Shown one piece after another: positions 9,056 to 17,322 of a stretch of DNA of 64,000 nucleotides. A program made the translations under genes and the position numbers. The DNA comes from an uncultured bacterium. Its GTDB lineage: Bacteria; Zixibacteria; MSB-5A5; GN15; FEB-12. The stretch covers positions 613,157 to 677,156 of the forward strand of contig CAWGEP010000001.1 in NCBI GenBank assembly GCA_963821635.1. Reading direction: 5' to 3'. Position 1 is the first letter of the stretch. Each line of letters starts with the position of its first letter. A model generated the notes under the pieces. The model was not told the origin of the DNA, ran no database searches, and saw only the letters and a list, made by a program, of their open reading frames with translations.

Positions 9056-10042
9056 TTAGAGAAACCCCTTTTCCTTCATCCAACTATCATTAAACATCTT
9101 GCTGATATACTTGCTCCCGCTATCCGGAAGAATGACAACCATCAGTTTGTCCGCCGGGAGCGTTTTGGCATGCTTGAGCGCCACTGCCACCGCCGCCCCG
9201 CTTGAGCCGCCGGCCAGGATCCCTTCCTTGCGGGCAAGGTCCCGCCCCGCCTGGAAACTCTCCTTATCACCGACTTGATAAATCGTATCGATTACGGTCA
9301 GATCGATCGAGGGGCAGAGCATATCTTCCCCGATTCCCTCGACAAAGTAAGTGTGCGGCTCGATCATCGTCTTGTCTTTGTGGTACTGGTAGTAAACCGA
9401 GCCATATGGGTCGGCCGCCACCACCTGGATTTTCGGGTTTTGCTCTTTGAGATATTTCGCCACTCCGGAGACAGTGCCGCCGGTTCCAATTCCCCCTACC
9501 AGCACATCCAGTTTTCCCTTGGTCTGCTTCCAGATCTCCGGCCCCGTGAGGTTGTAGTGCGCCTCGATATTGTTCAGATTAAAGTACTGGCCGACGAAAT
9601 AGGAGTTCGGCGTCTCCCGCTGGATCCGCTTGGCGGTTTCGTAGTAGCTTTGAGGGGATTCCGCCGGAACGGCCGTCGGGCAGATGTGCACCTCGGCGCC
9701 AAACGCTCTCAAGGCATCGACTTTCTCCGAGGACATTTTGTCCGGGATCGTCAGAATCGCCTTGTAGCCGTACACGGCCGCGAACATCGCCACCGCCGCG
9801 CCGGTGTTGCCGGAGGTCGCCTCGACGATCGTCCCGCCCGGCTTAAGCTCGCCGCGTTCAATTGCCTGTTTCAGGATGTAGGTGGCCATCCGGTCTTTGA
9901 TCGAACCGGTCGGATTGAGGAATTCCAGTTTCGCCAGGACCGTGGCTTTGATCCCCTGTTCGGCGGATAGTTTTCGAAGATGCACCATCGGCGTATTGCC
10001 GATGGTCTCAGTAATGTCATGCGCAAAAAACGATTCAGTCAT
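9056..10042 (-). CDS. Cysteine synthase / cystathionine beta-synthase-like PLP enzyme (no CBS domains)
   Basis: ORF 9056..10093. I trimmed the start to the ATG at 10042, which follows GGAGAAAGT. IGNTPMVHLRKL, NPTGSIKDRMA, SGNTGAAVA and GIGTGGTVSG are CysK/CBS signatures. Confidence 0.85.
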   Translation of the reverse strand: MTESFFAHDITETIGNTPMVHLRKLSAEQGIKATVLAKLEFLNPTGSIKDRMATYILKQAIERGELKPGGTIVEATSGNTGAAVAMFAAVYGYKAILTIPDKMSSEKVDALRAFGAEVHICPTAVPAESPQSYYETAKRIQRETPNSYFVGQYFNLNNIEAHYNLTGPEIWKQTKGKLDVLVGGIGTGGTVSGVAKYLKEQNPKIQVVAADPYGSVYYQYHKDKTMIEPHTYFVEGIGEDMLCPSIDLTVIDTIYQVGDKESFQAGRDLARKEGILAGGSSGAAVAVALKHAKTLPADKLMVVILPDSGSKYISKMFNDSWMKEKGFL

Positions 10043-10375
10043 ACTTTCTCCAAAAAGATCTTCATCCCGTCGCCGGGGCCAGTCAAGATACATAACGACA
10101 TCACCCCAAACAACCGCGAGATCGGGCGGTTCACGCCAATTATCGACCCTTTTTAGCGGAACTCCGGCGCTTCTTTTCTTGTATTACGGGACAGGCGCGC
10201 CGGGTGCAAACCGGCCAACGCTGCAACCGCCTAGCCGACCCGGAATTTATTTGACATCAATCAGGCTTCGCGTAGATTGACCGCCGCTGCCACGTCGCGG
10301 CCCTCAACGCCGGCCGAGCAACGGTTCTTCCGGGTGAACTTGAGTACGGAACATGACTAATGGAGGAGTTGCCAG

Positions 10376-10549
10376 ATGTTCTGCCGACAGTGCAATGAGA
10401 AAATCGAAGGGAAACCGGTCAAGCAGGGGGACGAACTGTACTGCTCTTTGGAGTGCGCCAATCTCGCCTCCGGAGTCGAGCCGGAAGAGACTGAGGATTA
10501 CTTTGATGAAGACGGAGCCGAAGAGTTCTTCGAAGATGATGAGAAGTAG
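10376..10549 (+). CDS. Small (57 aa) Cys4 zinc-ribbon / TRASH-like protein with acidic C-terminal tail
   Basis: Not in the ORF track because it is under 60 aa. ATG at 10376 follows GGAGGAG. Translation: MFCRQCNEKIEGKPVKQGDELYCSLECANLASGVEPEETEDYFDEDGAEEFFEDDEK. A candidate TTGACA-N16-TAGATT promoter lies about 125 nt upstream. Confidence 0.6.
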   Translation: MFCRQCNEKIEGKPVKQGDELYCSLECANLASGVEPEETEDYFDEDGAEEFFEDDEK

Positions 10550-10560
10550 CGGTCCCCGGC

Positions 10561-11037
10561 CTACTCTCTGGTTATTCTCAATATCTCGTAGGTGATTTTC
10601 CCCGCCGGAACTGTGATTACCACCACATCCCCGACCGTTTTCCCCAGGAGCGCCGCCCCGATAGGGGACTTGACCGAAATGACATCGTTATCGACATCGG
10701 CTTCGTCGGCCGGTACGATCGTATAAAGCGTTTCTTCGCTATCCCGACTATCTTTCACCAGGACCTTCGAAAACAAATACACTTTGTCGTTGGGGATCTT
10801 CTCGACATCGACCGTCCGGACCCTTGAGAGTTTGTCCTCGATCTCCGAGATCTTCCGCTCGATATGGACCTGGGCTTCTTTGGCGGCATGGTACTCGGCG
10901 TTTTCCGAAAGGTCCCCTAACTCCTTGGCGCGCTTGATCTCCGCGATGATTCGCGGGCGTTCCTCAAATTTCAGCCGTTTGAGCTCAGCCTCCATTTTTA
11001 ATCGTCCGTCGCGGGAAAGGTAGATATGGTCGCTCAT
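10561..11037 (-). CDS. greA: Transcription elongation factor GreA
   Basis: 158 aa. LSENAEYHAAKEAQ and the C-terminal SPIGAALLGK motif are characteristic. Confidence 0.95.
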   Translation of the reverse strand: MSDHIYLSRDGRLKMEAELKRLKFEERPRIIAEIKRAKELGDLSENAEYHAAKEAQVHIERKISEIEDKLSRVRTVDVEKIPNDKVYLFSKVLVKDSRDSEETLYTIVPADEADVDNDVISVKSPIGAALLGKTVGDVVVITVPAGKITYEILRITRE

Positions 11038-11065
11038 CGTGCTCCAGTATAACCTTTTTCGAACA

Positions 11066-12443
11066 CTAGTGCAACGATACCGGCTCTCTGCGGGAAAACA
11101 GCCCGAAAATCACCAGCGAGACAATGAGCCCCGGAAAGATCGGCTCCAGCCCCAGCCAGTCCGCTCCCTGGCGGTACGAGAACAGGTACCAGACCAACGC
11201 CACCCCGCCGCTCAGAATGATCGAGGCCAGACTGTACTTCGGGGGGAGCCGCCGGTTCCCCACAAACGTGCTCACCACCGGCACCAGCAGCGCCGGTGCC
11301 CCGATAGTGCCGTACAGATACCAGATTTCGATCACCGAGCGGAAATAGATCGCCAGGACGACCGCCACCGCCGTCGAGACAATCAGCCCGATCCGAGTGT
11401 ATTTCGTAATCTGGTCTTTCGCCTTCGGGATTAGTCTTGGCATCAGATCGTTACCGAAAGTCGAGGCTGAAATCAGAGAATAGGCGTTCACGGTGGACAT
11501 TACGGTAGCAAACATGGCCACCACAAACAGTCCCAGTATTCCAGCCGGGAGAACTTTGAGCGCCAGCGCCGGGTATGATGTCACCGGGTCGGCCAGATCC
11601 GGCAAGATGGCCCGGGCGTACAGACCGCAGAAAGTGGTCATGAAATCAAACAATATCCAGAACAGAATTGAGATGAATATCCCGGTGCGGGCGGTTCCCA
11701 CGCTCTTGACCGCATAGCAGCGTTGGAAGAAGATCGGCTCGGTCAGGGTCATAGCGCAATGATATACCAGCTGGCAATATACCATCCAGAATTGCCGCCA
11801 TGCCAGGTCAACTGAAGGGGCGGAAGGTGCGCCACGAGCCAGCCAAACCCGCCGTAGTTGATCATCAGGAAAATCAACATCACCGCGAATCCGGCGTACA
11901 TCAGAACGAATTCAAACACATCAGTTCGGACCACCGAGTTGAATCCGCCCCAATACACATACACAATTGAAACAAACGTCCCCAGCAGCACTCCGACCCA
12001 GAGGGGCCAGCCAAACATGATCGCACAGAGCTCCCCGACAATCAGGACATAGGCCGCCGGCGGAGTCAGCAGAAAGAGAATCGTCGCTCCGGCCAGGGCA
12101 GTGCGGTTGTCGTACTTCTGGCCAGCCGATCCGGGATCGTGAGCAGCATGCTTTGACGCGCCTTTTTGGCGAGCAGTACAGCAAACAAAAACGCCGCCAA
12201 ATAGTATGGTACCCCTTGCACCAGCCAGTTGGAGATCCCGTAGCGGTAGCTGTATTCTCCAACCCCGAGTACCCCGCCATACCAGGCGGAAACCAGCGTT
12301 CCGACAAACGCCGGCAGCGTCAGAAGCCGGCCGCCTATAATCATGTCCGCCGCCGATGACCCCGGTTTGAGGCGGCGGAAGAATCCCAGCCCGAGCACGA
12401 TCAGGGCGTAGACGACAACTATGGCATAGTCAAGTTGATGCAT
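11066..12443 (-). pseudogene. Sodium:solute symporter (SSF) family transporter, ThiV/PanF-like, split by two frameshifts
   Basis: Three consecutive minus-strand ORFs (12066..12443, 11749..12018, 11066..11785) each carry SSF-like transmembrane sequence. My retranslation shows the frame continuing as ...TIPDRL/QKYDNRTALAGATILFLL... near 12120 and as ...WYIASWYIIA/MTLTEPIFFQRCYA... near 11755. Confidence 0.8.
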
Positions 12444-12453
12444 TTGGTCTCAA

Positions 12454-14958
12454 TCAGAAGAATTCCAATTCGAGTTGGGCGTAAAAACTTCGCTCCGCCG
12501 CTACATAGTACCAGCCGTCCCCCCGCACCACCGTGTTACTCCGCGAGGTTCCGTCAACCCAGTTGTCACCGTACCCGCCGGTGAGATACTTCTGGTTGAA
12601 CAGATTGTCCACCGTCACCGCCAGGCGCGGCCGCCCAATTCCCAACAGATTGGAGAAAGTGTAGGCGGCGGTCACCGAAGTCGTAGTGAACGGCTTGATC
12701 GCCAGGCTGTCGATATTGTACAGCTCGACAAACTGTTTCCCGACAAACCGTGTCCGAAGCGTCAAGCGGGCATGCTGATCGTTGTAATCGAGAATCAGAT
12801 TGCCCAGATAATTGGGAAATCCGGAGATCGTCTTGTTCTTGTAGTCGACCGTCAGCACGCTGTCTGTGGCATAGCTGAAGTCCGAAGAAAACTTCTCCAC
12901 GCGGTTGAAATTAAACGCCCAGTTTCCCGACAGTTTAAGATTCTGGTGGGCCATTAGATCGCCGGTCAACTCAATTCCCGAATGAACCGATCGATCCGCA
13001 TTGATCGTATACGCCAGACCGTTATTGGGATTGATCCCGCCGTACGGAAGTATCTCGTTGCGAAAATCCATCCAGAACAGATTGACTCCGAACGCATATT
13101 TCTCGGCGCGATGATGCGCACCAAGTTCCAGGTCAAGAACACGTTCGGCTTTGGCGGTGGGATTACCAAAAGTGAAAGTGGTATCGCCATTCGCCTTGAT
13201 GGTCGTCGACTTGACATCGAGCGATGGAAACAGGGTCGGATCGGAACCATCGTAGATGTCCGCGTCGGTCGGGGTGCGCGAAGAAACAGCCGCATTGGCA
13301 AACAGGCTGGTTTTGTCATCGAGGGCGTAATTGAGTCCAAGGCGCGGGGAGAAGAAGAGCCAGTCGACATCATAGGCGTAGCCGTGGAATGCTCCCATCT
13401 TGTCCTGATTGAATTTGTATCGCTGATACCGGAACTGTGCGGTCGCCTGCAGGCTCAGCTTGTCGCTGAAATTGTATTCCTCCAAGCCATACAAGGACCC
13501 AACCCATTTCTTGCCATAGTATTGATAATACCGGTGCCTCGGGTCGAGCGGGCCGCTGATATTTTGCGCCCAGACCACCTGTCCCCAGTGATTCGAATCG
13601 AAATAATAGAACGATCCGCCGAGCGAGTGGCGCCCCTTGGCGTGGTCGATATCCAGCCTGGGATTCCAGCCCCACTGATTTTTGTCCACCCACTGCTGGC
13701 GTACGAGATCGCCGATACTGTCCCCGGCCACATAGAGCGACGGATCAATATCATAGTAGCGGTACAGTTCCTGCGGCTGGAACTGCTCGTAGTACCCTTT
13801 CCCCTGGATGTAGTAGAAAGTGTTGGTCAGAGTCGCACTGTCCGAGAGCTTGTACGTGTTCTTCAACTGGTAATGCGGCTGATTGAAATCATCGACTTCG
13901 TTATTGTAAGTCAGATCGTTGGTTCTTCGGTTGGCGGCGATGTCGTCCAGCGTCGCCCCATCGTAGGCGAGGTGATTGAGTTCCGGCCCGCCGTAGACAT
14001 GCAACTCGGTCGTCGATCTGGGGTCGAGTCGCGCCGCCGAGAGGTAATAAGCCCAGCCATTGTACCAGCTGTTCTCGCGATACCCGCCGGTCTGCTGTTT
14101 GGAAAACCGTCCCGTAAAATTCCAGCGCCCGTCGATCAGCCCGGTCGAATATTCCATCGATTGTTTCTGTATCTCCCCTGCCTTGCTTCCACCCGCAGTG
14201 TATTCCCCCCATCCACTGGTGACTTTGATTTCCCGCTGACGGGCAAAGGCATTGGTCACGATGTTGACCGACCCGCCGAACGAGGCATCTCCATAGAGTG
14301 AATTCCCCACCCCGCGCTGTACCTGAATATCGGTCACGGTTGAGGCAAAATCCGGCAAATCGACAAAGTAGGTCGTCTGATCCTCTGGATCATTCAGCGG
14401 CACACCGTTGATATAGACCGAGACCCGCTTGTCATCGAATCCCCGGATCGACATGTAGCTGTCCCCGAGTGTCCCGCCGCCGTCGGAGCGGGCATAGAGG
14501 TTGGGGGTTGATTCAAGCAAAAGCGGGAACTCTCCTACTTGATAGTCTCGCTTGATGTCATCGCGCGTGAAATTCTCAAACGCAATCGGTGTCACTCCCT
14601 TGACTGCCCGATCCGCCGAAACGGTGATATCCTGTCCCCGGTAGTATGTAGGAATCAGTGACACCGAGTTCGGCACCTCGCCAACCCGATACTGGGTTGA
14701 TTCATATCCGACCGAGGAGAAGGTCACCCGAGTAACTTGATTTGCAGGCATCCCGACCGCTGCCCCCGAATCCGGCAAAACCAGTCGGTAGTCGCCGTTG
14801 AGGTCGGTTTGGGTCCCGATCCCGGCTACATTGGTGACAACCGACACTCCGGGCAGCGGTTTTCCCTGCTGGTCGGTAACTTTGCCGGCAAGTTCCCGGG
14901 CTTCGACCAGCCTGCCGACACAAGCCAGGACGATAATGGCGGTGATGAAACGCTTCAT
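12454..14958 (-). CDS. TonB-dependent outer-membrane receptor with N-terminal carboxypeptidase-regulatory-like domain; probable thiamine-related uptake (riboswitch-controlled)
   Basis: ORF 12454..15069. I trimmed the start to the ATG at 14958 (MKRFITAIIVLACVGRLVEA signal peptide, GAGGT RBS). It has a plug region (SIRGFDDKRVSVYINGVPLNDPE) and a C-terminal beta-barrel ending ...YAQLELEFF. A TPP riboswitch lies upstream. Confidence 0.9.
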   Translation of the reverse strand: MKRFITAIIVLACVGRLVEARELAGKVTDQQGKPLPGVSVVTNVAGIGTQTDLNGDYRLVLPDSGAAVGMPANQVTRVTFSSVGYESTQYRVGEVPNSVSLIPTYYRGQDITVSADRAVKGVTPIAFENFTRDDIKRDYQVGEFPLLLESTPNLYARSDGGGTLGDSYMSIRGFDDKRVSVYINGVPLNDPEDQTTYFVDLPDFASTVTDIQVQRGVGNSLYGDASFGGSVNIVTNAFARQREIKVTSGWGEYTAGGSKAGEIQKQSMEYSTGLIDGRWNFTGRFSKQQTGGYRENSWYNGWAYYLSAARLDPRSTTELHVYGGPELNHLAYDGATLDDIAANRRTNDLTYNNEVDDFNQPHYQLKNTYKLSDSATLTNTFYYIQGKGYYEQFQPQELYRYYDIDPSLYVAGDSIGDLVRQQWVDKNQWGWNPRLDIDHAKGRHSLGGSFYYFDSNHWGQVVWAQNISGPLDPRHRYYQYYGKKWVGSLYGLEEYNFSDKLSLQATAQFRYQRYKFNQDKMGAFHGYAYDVDWLFFSPRLGLNYALDDKTSLFANAAVSSRTPTDADIYDGSDPTLFPSLDVKSTTIKANGDTTFTFGNPTAKAERVLDLELGAHHRAEKYAFGVNLFWMDFRNEILPYGGINPNNGLAYTINADRSVHSGIELTGDLMAHQNLKLSGNWAFNFNRVEKFSSDFSYATDSVLTVDYKNKTISGFPNYLGNLILDYNDQHARLTLRTRFVGKQFVELYNIDSLAIKPFTTTSVTAAYTFSNLLGIGRPRLAVTVDNLFNQKYLTGGYGDNWVDGTSRSNTVVRGDGWYYVAAERSFYAQLELEFF

Positions 14959-15125
14959 GACAGTAACCTCGCATGGTATGAGACGTTGCAAGATTCCGTC
15001 CTGATTTGATAGGTGAGCCAGGTAGGGCATGGGACTGGGCAGATGGCGCACCGGTGCGTGGTTACTCATCCCCCACCCTAAAGGGTGGGCGACCGCGACG
15101 GGTAGGGCACCGTGAAGAGAGGGGC

Positions 15126-15172
15126 GAGATCGCCACGTCGTCCCGCTCCTGGCGGGACTCCTCGCGATGACA
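15126..15172. repeat. GC-rich palindromic repeat element (GAGATCGCCACGTCG, hairpin, CTCCTCGCGATGACA)
   Basis: Both 15-nt flanks are identical to those of the element at 16303..16355, while the central hairpin differs. It lies inside the 5' leader of the TonB-dependent receptor. Confidence 0.8.
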
Positions 15173-15291
15173 TTGCTCAGAATCGCCGTCGGTTCGAGCG
15201 GAGACGAGTACCACGATCAGGCCAAGGCACGCGCTGCCGAGTCCGTCTGACCTCTACATAGCTGGAACGGGGGATGTGACTCTACGCATCT

Positions 15292-15374
15292 TCCGTTTCC
15301 CTACGCCGGTATTACCCGGATCAGGTCGAGGGGGTATGATCTCAGGCGGTCGTTTGTACGCCACCCCCAACGGA
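15292..15374 (-). promoter_or_regulatory. TPP (THI-box) riboswitch aptamer
   Basis: The minus strand reads UCCGUUGGGGGUGGCGUACAAACGACCGCCUGAGAUCAUACCCCCUCGACCUGAUCCGGGUAAUACCGGCGUAGGGAAACGGA. It contains the conserved GGGGUG, CUGAGA, ACCC and ACCUGAUC..GGUAAUACC.GCGUAGGGAA blocks, plus a closing P1 helix UCCGUU/AACGGA. Confidence 0.9.
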
Positions 15375-15561
15375 TCTCTGTTCTGACAAATGTATACGAT
15401 ACTTCCCCCAGACAGCGCAAGTCTCTTTTTCGACCGGCAAAGACCGGCCGCATACACAAAATCCGCCTCAAACCTTGCGCCGGAGTATAACTCCTGATAA
15501 TCTGATCGCGATCAGAACGATTGTTCGCCAGTTCGATAACATCAAATTTTGGGAGGTCCTC

Positions 15562-16038
15562 ATGAAGAAGTTAATCGTTGTCCTTGGAATCGCTGCTCTG
15601 TTGTTTTCTGGCCTGGTGGTCGCACAGGACACTACAAAGGCCAAAACTGAGCCGCCGGCTCAGAAGCCGAAACAGACCTCGGTCACCCCGGCTGAAAAAC
15701 CGGCCGCCGCCGGACTCGCTACCGAGGTGCAGATCTGTACTTCGATCACGGATCGCGCCTGCACCGGTGGGGCAACCACGTTTGACGCCAATGTCGGCAA
15801 GCTGTATTGTTGGAGCCAGATTACCGGCGGCAGCGCCGACATGACCATCAAGCATATTTGGTCGCACGGCGGCAAAGTGGTTGCCGAAGTTCCACTCACG
15901 CTTAAGAGCAGCAAGTATCGCACCTGGAGTTCCAAGACGATCCCGGCCAGTTGGACGGGCGAGTGGGAAGTAAAAGTGGTTGATGCTTCCGGCGCCGAGT
16001 TGAAGACGGTGACGTTTACGGTAGGCGAGAAGAAGTAA
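15562..16038 (+). CDS. Secreted protein with Pro/Ala/Lys-rich linker and C-terminal DUF2914-like domain
   Basis: ORF 15475..16038. I trimmed the start to the ATG at 15562, which follows GGGAGG. The signal peptide is MKKLIVVLGIAALLFSGLVVA. The C-terminal pattern IKHIWSHGGKVVAEVPLTLKSSKYRTWSSKTIPASWTGEWEVKVVDASG resembles DUF2914, recalled from memory. Confidence 0.7.
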   Translation: MKKLIVVLGIAALLFSGLVVAQDTTKAKTEPPAQKPKQTSVTPAEKPAAAGLATEVQICTSITDRACTGGATTFDANVGKLYCWSQITGGSADMTIKHIWSHGGKVVAEVPLTLKSSKYRTWSSKTIPASWTGEWEVKVVDASGAELKTVTFTVGEKK

Positions 16039-16044
16039 TCTCGT

Positions 16045-16406
16045 ATGTCGGTCGCCGTCGAGGCGCCCGACATCTTGTCTAAATTCCCGCCATCGCAGGA
16101 ATGACATTTGCGGTAAGCGACGTCTTTTCAAGATGTGCGATTTGCCTTGTGGCACGAGTACGGCAACTCGTGCCCCACATGAATTCTCATCACTGTCATT
16201 CCGAGGAGGCCCCGCATCATGCGGGGACGACTTGGGAATCTCAATTTCTATAATCAAAAGAAAGAGTCACAGGCACGGGTAAGCCGACCACAACACTGAA
16301 CTGAGATCGCCACGTCGCTCCCCCGCTTGAAGCGGGGTCGCTCCTCGCGATGACAATCATATGGAATTTGGCGCAGCTTAAGTCGGCCGCCGTCGAGGCA
16401 ATGACA
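16045..16406. repeat. Cluster of at least five GC-rich palindromic (REP/MITE-like) elements
   Basis: - 16045-16073: ATGTCGG..CCGACAT hairpin.
- 16083-16106: ATTCCCGCCATCGCAGGAATGACA.
- 16151-16174: GGCACGAG..CTCGTGCC.
- 16195-16242: TGTCATTCCGAGGAGGCCCCGCATCATGCGGGGACGACTTGGGAATCTC.
- 16303-16355: GAGATCGCCACGTCG..CTCCTCGCGATGACA.
- 16382-16406: shares GTCGGYCGCCGTCGAGGC with 16047-16064. Confidence 0.8.
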
Positions 16407-16410
16407 ATTC

Positions 16411-16936
16411 TTACGAATTACTCGGCTGCGTTTCCTGCACCGGCGCTTCGATCTCTTTCGGCCGGGCAAACAGCATCTTGATAATCAAAAACACCAGCGC
16501 GCAAGTAATCGCCGAATCGGCAATATTGAATGTCCACCAGCGATCCATGTGGAACCCGGCGATATTGATCTTGAAGAAATCGACATCAATAAAATCGACC
16601 ACTTTCCCAATTCGCACCCGGTCCACCGCGTTCCCGATCGCCCCGGCGATGATGAAGGCCAGCGGCCAGGAATACGAGGCATCGTTGCGATACTGGTACA
16701 GAAAGTATCCGAGAATCGGCAGGATAATCAGGGCAATTACTAGATGAATAGTGGGAGGTACCGAGAACCGTCCCCATCGCGCCCCCTTCGTTGTACACGA
16801 GCGTAAATCGAAGGAAATCCCCTATCGCTTTCAGAGAATTTTGGCCGGTGAGCGTGTCAACCGCCCAAGCCTTAGTGATCTGGTCAAGGATGACCACGGC
16901 GAGGATAATAATCGAGGGCCAAAGGAATCGCTTCAC
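16411..16936 (-). pseudogene. lspA: Lipoprotein signal peptidase II (LspA), reading frame broken once
   Basis: ORF 16586..16936 carries the N-terminal part (LDQITKAWAV...LVYNEGGAMG). ORF 16411..16626 carries the C-terminal part (GNAVDRVRIGKVVDFIDV...FNIADSAI). My retranslation in the +1 frame gives the missing TIHLVIALIILPILGYFLYQYRNDASYSWPLAFIIAGAIGNAVDR. The shift is near 16752-16760, at a CCC/GGG run. Confidence 0.8.
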
Positions 16937-16939
16937 ACT

Positions 16940-17308
16940 CTACCGGCCGCGCTCGGCTTCCTCTTCCTTGGCCTTGCAGTCAATACAGAGGCGGGCGTGC
17001 GGGACCGCTTCGAGACGGGCCTGGCTGATCGGCTTGCCGCAGGTATGGCAGAGCCCGTAAGTCCCTTCCTGAATCCGGCGGAGCGCTTCATCGATATGGT
17101 AAATCAATCGGCCCGATTTCGAGGCAAACATGAACGCCATTTCGCGATCCATCGTCTCGGTCCCCTGGTCAGCCATGTGGTAGGAGTACGAAGAGAGGTC
17201 TCCGGTCGAATCCTTGGCGGATGTCCCGACAATCCCCATCTCCTCCATCAGGGTCTTCTTCTTGGCCAGAAGCAAATCTTCGAATTTCTTCATGTCGACC
17301 TTTTTCAT
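16940..17308 (-). CDS. DksA/TraR family C4-type zinc-finger protein
   Basis: ORF 16940..17371. I trimmed the start to the ATG at 17308, which follows GGAG. CHTCGKPISQARLEAVPHARLCIDC is the DksA zinc finger. The gene sits between ileS and lspA. Confidence 0.85.
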   Translation of the reverse strand: MKKVDMKKFEDLLLAKKKTLMEEMGIVGTSAKDSTGDLSSYSYHMADQGTETMDREMAFMFASKSGRLIYHIDEALRRIQEGTYGLCHTCGKPISQARLEAVPHARLCIDCKAKEEEAERGR

Positions 17309-17322
17309 GGTATCTCCAGGGG

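Noticed and set aside
10043-10375. SAM riboswitch or T-box leader for the cysteine synthase/lyase operon
   Set aside because: I read the minus-strand leader and found none of the SAM-I/II or T-box conserved blocks.
10353-10595. 80-aa ORF in the track
   Set aside because: It has no RBS, an implausible composition, and it runs into greA on the opposite strand. The 57-aa ORF in another frame (10376..10549) has a strong RBS and a coherent Cys4 motif.
12982-14301. 439-aa plus-strand ORF, with similar long ORFs at 46594..47928, 15571..16257, 33002..33814, 17342..18157, 52878..53663 and 53910..54656
   Set aside because: Each lies antisense to, or out of frame within, a gene with clear family signatures (TonB-dependent receptor, M1-like protein, ileS, yidC and others). 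Their translations are Arg/Pro/Gly-rich and low in complexity. This is the typical shadow-ORF pattern of GC-rich DNA.
14959-15069. N-terminal extensions of many track ORFs (for example 15069, 3897, 9083, 10093, 28636, 41574, 47997, 48499, 57670, 22611)
   Set aside because: In each case an internal start follows a good Shine-Dalgarno sequence. That start either begins a canonical signal peptide or conserved N-terminus, or avoids overlap with the upstream gene.
15070-16410. Possible CRISPR array, because of recurring GC-rich palindromes
   Set aside because: The repeats differ in sequence and length, occur in both orientations, and have no regular repeat-spacer periodicity. No cas genes are present.
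16254-16469. 71-aa ORF, and likewise 27696..27962
   Set aside because: These are translations of the palindromic repeat elements (for example ..CHREERPRFKRGSDVAIS..), not genes.
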